A stretch of DNA of 63,884 nt, counting the filler, from a bacterium (GTDB taxonomy: Bacteria; UBA9089; CG2-30-40-21; SBAY01): assembly GCA_040757115.1 (NCBI GenBank). It is 10 parts of 10 records of this genome, joined end to end, with 100 filler letters (N's around TTAATTAATTAA, not from the genome) between each part and the next. Parts side by side here need not be neighbours in the genome. Positions count along the whole stretch, not along the records: positions 26,938 to 31,207 come from JBFLYA010000294.1; positions 31,308 to 35,556 come from JBFLYA010000295.1; positions 35,657 to 39,897 come from JBFLYA010000296.1; 7 more parts are not named here. The stretch is one strand, 5' to 3'. Shown here in pieces: positions 27,983 to 35,921 of the stretch. Both the position numbers and the translations under genes were made by a program. The notes below the pieces were generated by a model that was not told where the DNA came from, made no database searches, and saw nothing but the letters and a program-made list of their open reading frames with translations. How positions within the stretch are numbered: position 1 is the stretch's first letter; the number at the start of each line of letters is the position of its first letter.

Positions 27983-28489
27983 ATGGTAGAATCACGATTT
28001 ATAAGGTTAATCCAAACATTAAATCAGGAAAAGGTTAAGTATGCAATTACAGGTGGTGTGGCAGTAGGACTTTGGGGATTTCTTCGAGCAACGAAAGATA
28101 TAGATTTGATTTTAGACTTCTCCAAACCAAATATTAAAAAATTAATTAAGGCAATATCTGTTTTAGGACTCAAACCTTATGTCCCGGAAAATCCAATAGG
28201 TTTAGCGGATAAAAATAAAAGAGATTTCTGGATGCAAGAAAAAAATGCGAAGGTATTTTCTTTCATACATCCGAATGATATGTTCTTTAGAGTTGATATT
28301 ATGCTTAATATAGAATTAAAAGATGTAATTGTGAATTGGAAAGAGGATAAGGATATAAAAATACCTGTTGTTGGACTTAATGATTTATTTCTTCAAAAAC
28401 TTCAGGCAAAAAGATTTCAGGATATGCAAGATATAACACAACTTAGTATTATCCATCCACAGATTATAAAAATTTTGGAGCAATTATGA
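27983..28489 (+). CDS. Nucleotidyltransferase-fold protein (DUF6036/AbiEii-like)
   Basis: YAITGGVAVGLWGFLRATKDIDL and the C-terminal K....R.QD..D motif. Confidence 0.8.
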   Translation: MVESRFIRLIQTLNQEKVKYAITGGVAVGLWGFLRATKDIDLILDFSKPNIKKLIKAISVLGLKPYVPENPIGLADKNKRDFWMQEKNAKVFSFIHPNDMFFRVDIMLNIELKDVIVNWKEDKDIKIPVVGLNDLFLQKLQAKRFQDMQDITQLSIIHPQIIKILEQL

Positions 28490-28710
28490 ATATTGAGGAC
28501 TTATTAAAGGAAAAGTTTAAAGAACTTTATTTATTAAGAGAAGAAATTTCTTCATTACCACCGGCGATAGCTGTGAAAAGAATATTAGAATATGGAAAAG
28601 TTGAAGAATTTGATGGTGAGGAGGAACTACTACGAAAGCAAGCACAAAATATTAAACCAACAGAGGTATTACAGTGGTTTGATGAAATGCTATCTCTACA
28701 AAATATTTAG
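28486..28710 (+). CDS. Small hypothetical protein, likely partner of the upstream NTase
   Basis: ATGA overlap with the upstream gene; ends 9 nt before apgM. Confidence 0.6.
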   Translation: MNIEDLLKEKFKELYLLREEISSLPPAIAVKRILEYGKVEEFDGEEELLRKQAQNIKPTEVLQWFDEMLSLQNI

Positions 28711-28719
28711 AGGTGCCTT

Positions 28720-29925
28720 ATGAAATATATCCTTTTAGTTGGCGATGGGATGGCAGATTATCCCATTCCAGAATTAGGGGAAAAAACACCTCTGGAAGTC
28801 GCTAATATTCCAAATTTAAACTACTTAGCCCAAAATGGTGTCGTGGGACTGATTAAAACTATTCCGGAGGGGATGCCACCAGGAAGTGATGTTGCCATTT
28901 TGTCTGTATTAGGCTATAATCCAGAGAAATATTACCTCGGCCGAGCGCCTATTGAAGCCGCAAGTATGGGAATTGAATTAAAAGAAGATGAAATTGCTTT
29001 TAGATGTAATCTTGTAACAATAGAAGAGGAAATACTAAAAGATTATAGTGCAGGACATATTTCAACCAGCGAAGCAAAACAGATAATTGAGTTTTTAAAT
29101 GAAAAACTTGGTAGTGAGCAGGTCAAATTCTACCCCGGGGTTAGCTATCGCCATCTAATGGTATTAAAGGAAGATGCAAGATGCAAGATGCAAAATGTCC
29201 GATTAACCTGCACGCCACCTCATGACATTACTGGAAAACCCTATGATTCTTATCTCCCAACAGGTGAAGGAGCAGAGGTTATTCGTGAATTAATGTTTGC
29301 CTCGCAAGGATTTTTAGAAAATCATCCGGTTAATCAAAATAGACTTAAAGAAAATAAAAATCCAGCGAATATGGTCTGGCTATGGGGACAGGGGAAATCT
29401 TCAAAAATGCCTACACTTGAACAAAAATTTGGGCTCAGCGGTGCAGTTATTGCCGCAGTTGATTTGGTTAAAGGGCTTGGGAAATGTGCAGGATTAGAGA
29501 TAATTGATGTTCCTGGAGCAACGGGTTATCTTGATACAAATTTTATTGGCAAGGCTGAATATGCCTTAGCCGCACTAAAGAATAAGGATTTTGTATTTGT
29601 CCATGTCGAGGCTCCAGATGAAGCCGGTCATAACGGTGACCTACAAGCCAAGATTAAGGCAATTGAAGATTTTGATTCAAAAGTAGTCGGCACGATTATT
29701 AATGGTCTGCCGGGGATAAAAGATGAAGTGAGAATTTGTGCCCTATGCGACCACCCAACCCCAATTTCACTTAAAACCCATTCCGCGGATAATGTCCCAT
29801 TTATACTTTATGGACATAAAATAGAACCAGATGAAATATTAGAATATAATGAACGCTCAGCAAAAAATACCTTAATTAATTTTCAAGAGGGGCATACTTT
29901 AATAAATTACTTTATTATGGGTTAA
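28720..29925 (+). CDS. apgM: Cofactor-independent phosphoglycerate mutase family (ApgM; proposed homoserine kinase)
   Basis: GDGMAD, KTPLEVA, PPGSDVA, HVEAPDEAGH and DHPTP motifs; located next to thrC. Confidence 0.9.
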   Translation: MKYILLVGDGMADYPIPELGEKTPLEVANIPNLNYLAQNGVVGLIKTIPEGMPPGSDVAILSVLGYNPEKYYLGRAPIEAASMGIELKEDEIAFRCNLVTIEEEILKDYSAGHISTSEAKQIIEFLNEKLGSEQVKFYPGVSYRHLMVLKEDARCKMQNVRLTCTPPHDITGKPYDSYLPTGEGAEVIRELMFASQGFLENHPVNQNRLKENKNPANMVWLWGQGKSSKMPTLEQKFGLSGAVIAAVDLVKGLGKCAGLEIIDVPGATGYLDTNFIGKAEYALAALKNKDFVFVHVEAPDEAGHNGDLQAKIKAIEDFDSKVVGTIINGLPGIKDEVRICALCDHPTPISLKTHSADNVPFILYGHKIEPDEILEYNERSAKNTLINFQEGHTLINYFIMG

Positions 29926-29982
29926 TAATAAACCTGCAGGTATCAGCCTGTATCTTGCATCCTGCATCCCCTGACTACTGAT

Positions 29983-30177
29983 CTTATCCTTACCCACAAG
30001 CTTTAGTGGACACCGTGAAGCGTGAGAAGAAAGGGGTTTTAATAATTGACAATTGACAATTCACCATTCACCATTATTAAGGAAATTTAGGGAAAAAATG
30101 GTGAATGGTAAATTGTGAATGGTGAATGAATGCATAGTTAATAACATTGTCCAGTAAAAGATGTGGGTAAGGATAAG
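29983..30177. mobile_element. 195-bp MITE with IS50/IS4-like TIRs and 10-bp target-site duplication
   Basis: TIR CTTATCCTTACCCACA ... TGTGGGTAAGGATAAG, flanked by the direct repeat GACTACTGAT (29973-29982 and 30178-30187). Internal CATTCAC/GTGAATG inverted heptamer arms. Confidence 0.88.
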
Positions 30178-30212
30178 GACTACTGATACCTGAGGGTTGA
30201 ACATTTACTAAG

Positions 30213-31205
30213 ATGTTAATTTTAGGCATTGAAACTTCGTGTGATGAAACTGCCTGTGCAGTGGTTGAAAATGGGCAAAGGATTTTCTCTAATATAGTTG
30301 CTTCACAAGTAGATATTCACAAAAGATTTAGTGGTGTTGTTCCAGAACTTGCCTCAAGGAAACATATTGAATTAATCAATGTTGTTGTGGAGTCTGCGAT
30401 AAATGAGGCAAAGGTAAATCTATCTGAAATCGATGCTTGTGCAGTTACTTATGGTCCTGGATTAGTTGGTTCTTTACTCATCGGCTTATCTTTTGCCAAA
30501 GCACTTGCCTATTCACAAAATATACCACTTATTGGAATAAATCATTTAGAGGGACATATCTATGCGACATATTTAGAAAATCCACAACTTTCATTACCGG
30601 CAATCGCCCTCATTGTCTCTGGTGGTCATACGGAATTAGTTCAGGTTGATGAATGGGGGAAATATAAATTATTAGGCAGGACGATAGATGATGCCGTTGG
30701 CGAGGCATTTGATAAAGCGGCTAAATTACTTGATTTAGGATACCCCGGCGGCCCTATCATTAATGCCTTCTCAAAACAAGGTAAGCCAGATGCAATTAAA
30801 TTCCCACGCCCATTATGGCGAAAAAAAGGCTTTGATTTCAGTTTAAGTGGTTTAAAAACATCTTTAATTCATTTTCTAAAAGCTCAGACGCCAGCTAATA
30901 TCGAAGATATTACTGCCAGTTTTCAGGAGGCAATAGTAGATGTATTGGTTGATAAAACAATTACTGCCGCAAATGATATAAAAAATATTATCTTATGTGG
31001 AGGTGTAGCCGCTAATAGCCGACTTAAAGAAAGATTAACCACAGAATCTAAAACCAAAGGAATAACCGTTTATTATCCTTCGCCTAAATTCTGTACAGAC
31101 AATGCGGCGATGATTGCTGGATTAGGTTATGTAAAATATCTTCAGCGGAAATTTGCCCCATTATCATTAAATGCAAACCCAAATCTAAAGTTGGGCATTG
31201 AATAA
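30213..31205 (+). CDS. tsaD: tRNA N6-threonylcarbamoyltransferase TsaD
   Basis: LGIETSCDETA, GVVPELASRKH, NHLEGH, VSGGHT, DDAVGEAFDK and CTDNAAMIA. Confidence 0.97.
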   Translation: MLILGIETSCDETACAVVENGQRIFSNIVASQVDIHKRFSGVVPELASRKHIELINVVVESAINEAKVNLSEIDACAVTYGPGLVGSLLIGLSFAKALAYSQNIPLIGINHLEGHIYATYLENPQLSLPAIALIVSGGHTELVQVDEWGKYKLLGRTIDDAVGEAFDKAAKLLDLGYPGGPIINAFSKQGKPDAIKFPRPLWRKKGFDFSLSGLKTSLIHFLKAQTPANIEDITASFQEAIVDVLVDKTITAANDIKNIILCGGVAANSRLKERLTTESKTKGITVYYPSPKFCTDNAAMIAGLGYVKYLQRKFAPLSLNANPNLKLGIE

Positions 31206-31375
31206 GCNNNNNNNNNNNNNNNNNNNNNNNNNNNNNNNNNNNNNNNNNNNNTTAATTAATTAANNNNNNNNNNNNNNNNNNNNNNNNNNNNNNNNNNNNN
31301 NNNNNNNCTCCGCTCTCCTGCAATCTCTAATCTCCCGTTTATAGTTTATCCTTGTTTACCTCATCTTGTTACCCA

Positions 31376-31394
31376 ACTTGTGGGTAAGGATTAG
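31376..31394. repeat. Isolated IS50-like end of the 29983 MITE family
   Basis: ACTTGTGGGTAAGGATTAG, near-identical to the 30162-30177 end. The rest of the element runs towards the gap. Confidence 0.6.
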
Positions 31395-31502
31395 ACCCCC
31401 GCCAGCGGGGGACAACGGCCAATCAATCACTTGAGTAGCGACAGAGCACTAGCCCCTTCGTTCGATTTTGCAAAGATTTTTTTAGACAAGAAAAGATTTT
31501 TC

Positions 31503-31531
31503 TTGACAAAGTTATAATTTTATAGTATAAT
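31503..31531 (+). promoter_or_regulatory. Consensus sigma70 promoter
   Basis: TTGACA-17 bp-TATAAT, 23 nt upstream of the ORF at 31555. Confidence 0.85.
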
Positions 31532-31554
31532 TTCCCATAAAGGAATTCAGGGAT

Positions 31555-31749
31555 ATGCGTAAAAAACCATTTGCAACAACATTAATCGAAGGACTAATTG
31601 AAAAGGTTACTAATTTTGCAAGAAAAACTGGTATTGATAAACGCGTAATTATCGGGGCATCATTACATCATTTTTTCTCACAATCTGCAGAAACACAAAG
31701 GGAAATAATAGAACAATATTTAGAGGCGGAGAATAATGAGAAAATATGA
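31555..31749 (+). CDS. Small hypothetical protein, possibly ribbon-helix-helix DNA-binding
   Basis: Lies directly downstream of the promoter with AAGGA/AGGGA RBS; N-terminal strand followed by two predicted helices. Confidence 0.55.
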   Translation: MRKKPFATTLIEGLIEKVTNFARKTGIDKRVIIGASLHHFFSQSAETQREIIEQYLEAENNEKI

Positions 31750-31841
31750 TAGGTAATCAGGAATCGGTGAAGGTGTAACAAGCAATTGATGTTGTCTCTT
31801 CACCGATAACCGATAACCTAAAAAATGGGAGGGATAAAAAA

Positions 31842-32609
31842 ATGAATAAAACCGGGAGGATATTGTCAGGGATATTTATAGTCTCAATAATTGGACTATG
31901 TGCGGACAATGTTTTTGCCCAAAATCTTCCTCTGCCTATTCCTAAAATAAATATAGGGATTGAAGAGGCAAGAAAACCCACAGATGTCGCTTTAGCCCTT
32001 CAGATACTCTTTCTTTTAACAATTTTAACCTTAGTGCCAAGTATCATAATGATGATGACCTCGTTTATTCGAGTAGTGATAGTCCTTTCTTTCGTCAAAC
32101 AGGCTTTAGCCACACAACAGGCACCTCCACAACAAGTAATTACCGGATTAGCTCTATTTCTAACCTTTTTTATTATGGCACCGACATTGACTAAAGTAAA
32201 TAATACTGCCCTTCAGCCATATTTATCCGGGAAAATGACCCCTACCCAGGCAATAGAAAAGGGCAGTATTCCCTTTCGTGAATTTATGTTTAAACAAACC
32301 CGTGACAGGGATATAGATTTATTTTTAGGAATGAGTAAATTACCAAGACCTAAAACGCAGAAAGATGTGCCAACCTATGTTTTGATACCAGCATTTATGA
32401 CGAGTGAATTAACCTATGCCTTTCAAATGGGAATTGCCCTTTTTATCCCATTTTTAGTCATTGATATGATTGTTGCCAGTGTCTTAATGTCTATGGGAAT
32501 GATTATGTTACCACCAGTGATGATTTCTCTGCCCTTTAAAATACTTTTATTTGTAATGGTCGATGGCTGGAATCTTTTGGTCAGGTCACTGGTATTAAGT
32601 TTTCATTAG
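31842..32609 (+). CDS. fliP: Flagellar export pore protein FliP
   Basis: MMTSFIRVVIVLS, PPQQVITGLALFLTFFIMAP, LIPAFMTSEL and ISLPFKILLFVMVDGW. Confidence 0.96.
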   Translation: MNKTGRILSGIFIVSIIGLCADNVFAQNLPLPIPKINIGIEEARKPTDVALALQILFLLTILTLVPSIIMMMTSFIRVVIVLSFVKQALATQQAPPQQVITGLALFLTFFIMAPTLTKVNNTALQPYLSGKMTPTQAIEKGSIPFREFMFKQTRDRDIDLFLGMSKLPRPKTQKDVPTYVLIPAFMTSELTYAFQMGIALFIPFLVIDMIVASVLMSMGMIMLPPVMISLPFKILLFVMVDGWNLLVRSLVLSFH

Positions 32610-32624
32610 AGTTGAGGTGAAATA

Positions 32625-32894
32625 ATGAGCGAGGAAATGGTGATTAAATTAGTTCAAGAGGCGCTATTCTATATGTTATTAATTTCGGCGCCAATGTTAG
32701 GGGTAAGTCTAATTGTAGGATTAATCGTGAGCATATTCCAAACCGCCACCGCTATTCAGGAAATGACATTGACCTTTGTCCCAAAGATAATTGCTACACT
32801 TTTGACGATTTCTATCTTTGGATTGTGGATGTTAAAAACTTTAGTTGAATACACCACGCGATTAATAATGATGATTCCTGATTTGGTGGGATGA
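32625..32894 (+). CDS. fliQ: Flagellar export protein FliQ
   Basis: VGLIVSIFQTATAIQEMTLTFVPKI. Confidence 0.96.
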   Translation: MSEEMVIKLVQEALFYMLLISAPMLGVSLIVGLIVSIFQTATAIQEMTLTFVPKIIATLLTISIFGLWMLKTLVEYTTRLIMMIPDLVG

Positions 32895-32957
32895 ATAATG
32901 AACTGTTGATTTTATATTCAGCAACGGCATAATTTAAGATTTTTAATAGTCAGTCTA

Positions 32958-33087
32958 TAGCCGAGAAAGGATTTTAATACTTGACAATTCACCATTCACC
33001 ATTTATCAATTCAGCATACGGACGATAGGGAAAAAATTGTGAATTATGAATTATGAATGAATGCATAGTTAATAACATTATCCAGTA
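32958..33087. repeat. Degenerate internal portion of the 29983 MITE family
   Basis: TTGACAATTCACCATTCACCATT...GAATGAATGCATAGTTAATAACATTATCCAGTA matches ~30050-30156. Confidence 0.7.
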
Positions 33088-33121
33088 TAAATCCATTACT
33101 CTAATACCTTGAAGGTAAAAT

Positions 33122-33901
33122 ATGGAATTATTTGTGACTGAGTTTCAAAAGTTTTTTTTAGTCTTAGCCCGAATTTCCGGGATATTTGTAATGGCACCTT
33201 TTTGGGGTAGTGTGAATATCCTGCCACGGATAAAAGCGGGCTTAGCCCTGTTTATCTCTTTGACTATGTTTGGAATAGTCAGAAACCATATTAACCTTGT
33301 CCCAAATGATTTATTGACATATAGTTTGTTGGTTTTCAGTGAAGTTGCCGTTGGTTTAATTATTGGGTTTATGGCGACATTGGTCATTTCTGCATTCCAA
33401 ATATCCGGCGAGCTATATAGTGTGCCAATGGGATTTGGTATTGTCAATACGATTGACCCATTATCACAAATAGAACAACCTATTATCGGCCAGATTATAG
33501 GATTATTTGCACTATTGATTTTTTTATGCTTTGGTGGACACTTGATGATGCTCATTACCATTTGCAAAAGTTACGAGATAGTGCCCGTATTGAAATTAGA
33601 TGATTGTAGTATGATTGTAAAAACGATTATCACCACCTTTGCCGGTATGTTTTTAACCGCAGTGAAGATTAGTATGCCGGTTATGGGGGTGGTATTTTTG
33701 GCTACTCTGGCAATGGGATTGTTGTCTAAAGCATCCCCAATGATGAATATTATGGTTTTAGGTTGGGCGGTTACCATTGTGGTAGGAATATTAAGTTTAA
33801 TCTTTCTATTTCCGTTATTATCTACCGTCGCCGTTAATTTATTTGAGCAATTATTCGCGGATATTGATAACCTTTTAATAAATTTGGGGAAACGCTCATG
33901 A
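33122..33901 (+). CDS. fliR: Flagellar export protein FliR
   Basis: LVLARISG..APF, E..VGLIIG, FGGHLMML and LGLLSKASP-like motifs; position between fliQ and flhB. Confidence 0.93.
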   Translation: MELFVTEFQKFFLVLARISGIFVMAPFWGSVNILPRIKAGLALFISLTMFGIVRNHINLVPNDLLTYSLLVFSEVAVGLIIGFMATLVISAFQISGELYSVPMGFGIVNTIDPLSQIEQPIIGQIIGLFALLIFLCFGGHLMMLITICKSYEIVPVLKLDDCSMIVKTIITTFAGMFLTAVKISMPVMGVVFLATLAMGLLSKASPMMNIMVLGWAVTIVVGILSLIFLFPLLSTVAVNLFEQLFADIDNLLINLGKRS

Positions 33902-33935
33902 GCCTGCGGCTCACAAAGGGGGATGAAAATAATGG

Positions 33936-34171
33936 GTAACTATTCACCACGAAGGGTACGGAGAGCACGAAGTGAAATTTGATGAATTATCGAATAGAGT
34001 CATTGGATGCGCTATAGCGGTGCATCGAACTCTTGGGCCAGGTTTGCTTGACACCGTGAAGAGTGATAATTCACAATTCACAATTGACAATTCACCATTC
34101 ACCATTATTAAGGAAATTTAGGGAAGAAATTGTGAATTGTGAATGGTGAATTGTGAATGGTGAATAGTTAC
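33936..34171. mobile_element. 236-bp IS66-like MITE with 14-bp TIR and 8-bp TSD, carrying a GxxExxY 5' fragment
   Basis: GTAACTATTCACCA ... TGGTGAATAGTTAC, flanked by AATAATGG on both sides (33928-33935 and 34172-34179). The interior reads MKFDELSNRVIGCAIAVHRTLGPGLL and then switches to CATTCAC-arm sequence shared with 30009-30128. Confidence 0.88.
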
Positions 34172-34176
34172 AATAA

Positions 34177-34303
34177 TGGAAGAACAACCCCCTACCCCCC
34201 TTTATTAAGGGGGAATATCTGTTCTACACCAGAGGATACGAGTCTGTGGATACTATACTAATTCACTAATCTCTAATTCAGTAATTCGCTATTTTCAGGG
34301 GAA
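34177..34303. repeat. ~130-bp dispersed repeat with a REP-like CCCCCT..AGGGGG hairpin; inverted copy at 39767-39897
   Basis: Shared CCAGAGGATACGAGTCTGTGGATACTATACTAATTC...GCTATTTTCAGG(G/A)GAA. Confidence 0.85.
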
Positions 34304-34307
34304 AACA

Positions 34308-35471
34308 ATGTTAAATAAACAAAAAAATAGGTTTTTTCTTATCAATTTGTTTTTCGAAGTTCAAGAAAAGGATTTTGACTTACAATTATTTGCCACGGCT
34401 GAAGATGAAGGCAGAACTGAAGAACCAACTCAGCGGAAAATCCAGCGTGCCCGACTTAGAGGACAGGTTGCCAAAAGTCGTGAACTCACTTCTGCAGGAA
34501 TAGCCTTAGTTACCATCCTGGTTTTCCCGCTTATTGGTTATTTTATGTTTATTCAACTACTTAAATTTATGCATATGTCTTTTTCTCAACTCCATACAGC
34601 TCCAATTAGTTTTAGTAATTTTACACAATTACTTAATTTTAATATTACTACTTTTTTCAAAATAGCCATTCCGTTTCTGCTCCTCGCATTAGTTACTGGA
34701 TTAGTTTTTGAAATAATGCAGGCTGGAGTCTATTTTTCACCCATAGCGTTAATGCCTGATTTTATAAGATTAAAACCAAATTTTAGCCGTGTCTTTAGCC
34801 GATTTATTCCATCTAAAATGGCATTAATCGAATATGGAAAAACATTCTTTAAATTAGCCGTAATTACTATATTTACATATCAAGTTATTAAAAACAGTTA
34901 TAATGATATACTTTTATTACCAGAAGCAGATGTAGTCGAAGGATTCTTTTTGATTGCTAATTTAGCGTATAAAATTGTTCTCTGGGTAGCCATATTTTTA
35001 TTACTGATGAGTTTATTCGATTATCTTCATCAGCGCCACGAATTCAGACAGAATTTAATGATGTCAAAACATGAATTAAGAGATGAATGGAAGCAATTAG
35101 AGGGTGACCCGTTAATGCGTGCCAGAGTTAGAGAAAGAATGAGACAAATGGCAACACGAAGAATGATGGCTGAAGTCCCCAAAGCAGATGTAATTATTAC
35201 TAATCCTATCCATTTAGCCATTGCCATTAAATATGATTCTGCCTTTATGCGTGCACCAACGGTCGTGGCAAAAGGAAGAGATTTAATTGCTGAAAAAATT
35301 GTTGAAATAGCACGAGGTTATGAAGTCGCTATTGTTGAAAATAAACCTTTAGCCGAAACATTATTTGAAACAGTAGAAATCGGGACAGAAGTGCCGTTAG
35401 AACTTTATCGTGCCGTCGCAGAAATATTAGCCTATGTCTATCAATTAAGGCAGAAAAAACGCGCCGCTTAA
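34308..35471 (+). CDS. flhB: Flagellar export switch protein FlhB
   Basis: RTEEPT..K...AR..GQVAKSREL, MMSKHELRDEWKQLEGDP, ADVIITNPIH (autocleavage-site variant of NPTH) and APTVVAKG. Confidence 0.95.
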   Translation: MLNKQKNRFFLINLFFEVQEKDFDLQLFATAEDEGRTEEPTQRKIQRARLRGQVAKSRELTSAGIALVTILVFPLIGYFMFIQLLKFMHMSFSQLHTAPISFSNFTQLLNFNITTFFKIAIPFLLLALVTGLVFEIMQAGVYFSPIALMPDFIRLKPNFSRVFSRFIPSKMALIEYGKTFFKLAVITIFTYQVIKNSYNDILLLPEADVVEGFFLIANLAYKIVLWVAIFLLLMSLFDYLHQRHEFRQNLMMSKHELRDEWKQLEGDPLMRARVRERMRQMATRRMMAEVPKADVIITNPIHLAIAIKYDSAFMRAPTVVAKGRDLIAEKIVEIARGYEVAIVENKPLAETLFETVEIGTEVPLELYRAVAEILAYVYQLRQKKRAA

Positions 35472-35771
35472 GTCGGGTAATTGGAGGACAGTATGGAGTC
35501 TGTCAACAATAGTTATTTACAATACTGTAAACAATATCTATGGTAAATATCTAATANNNNNNNNNNNNNNNNNNNNNNNNNNNNNNNNNNNNNNNNNNNN
35601 TTAATTAATTAANNNNNNNNNNNNNNNNNNNNNNNNNNNNNNNNNNNNNNNNNNNNTAATAATTAATTTTTTAATTTTATTTTCAACCCCCACCCCCCAA
35701 TCTTGGGGGCTTTAATAAGGAATTAGGATTGTGGCATTCAAAATGACCAACAATATATATTATACGAGGAC

Positions 35772-35866
35772 GATGAAAATAGTGGTAGGAGATAAGCGTG
35801 AGGAGTGGTGTTTTCTTTACTTTCTACTCTCTACTTTCTACTCTCTACTTCCTATTTTCAGGAGAA
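35772..35866. repeat. Dispersed element with CTACTCT heptamers ending TTTCAGGAGAA; related copy at 55301-55398
   Basis: Both copies share TTTCTTTACTTTCTACT..CTACT..CTACTTCC...TTTCAGGAGAA. Confidence 0.75.
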
Positions 35867-35921
35867 ATGGTTACAATAATCACTGGGGCTGGTATCCTCC
35901 TCATCCCGCTGTAAACTTATT

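Noticed and set aside
35494-35556. GAGTCTGTCAACAA near the contig end as an IS terminus
   Set aside because: Single end, no partner and no second copy in the window.
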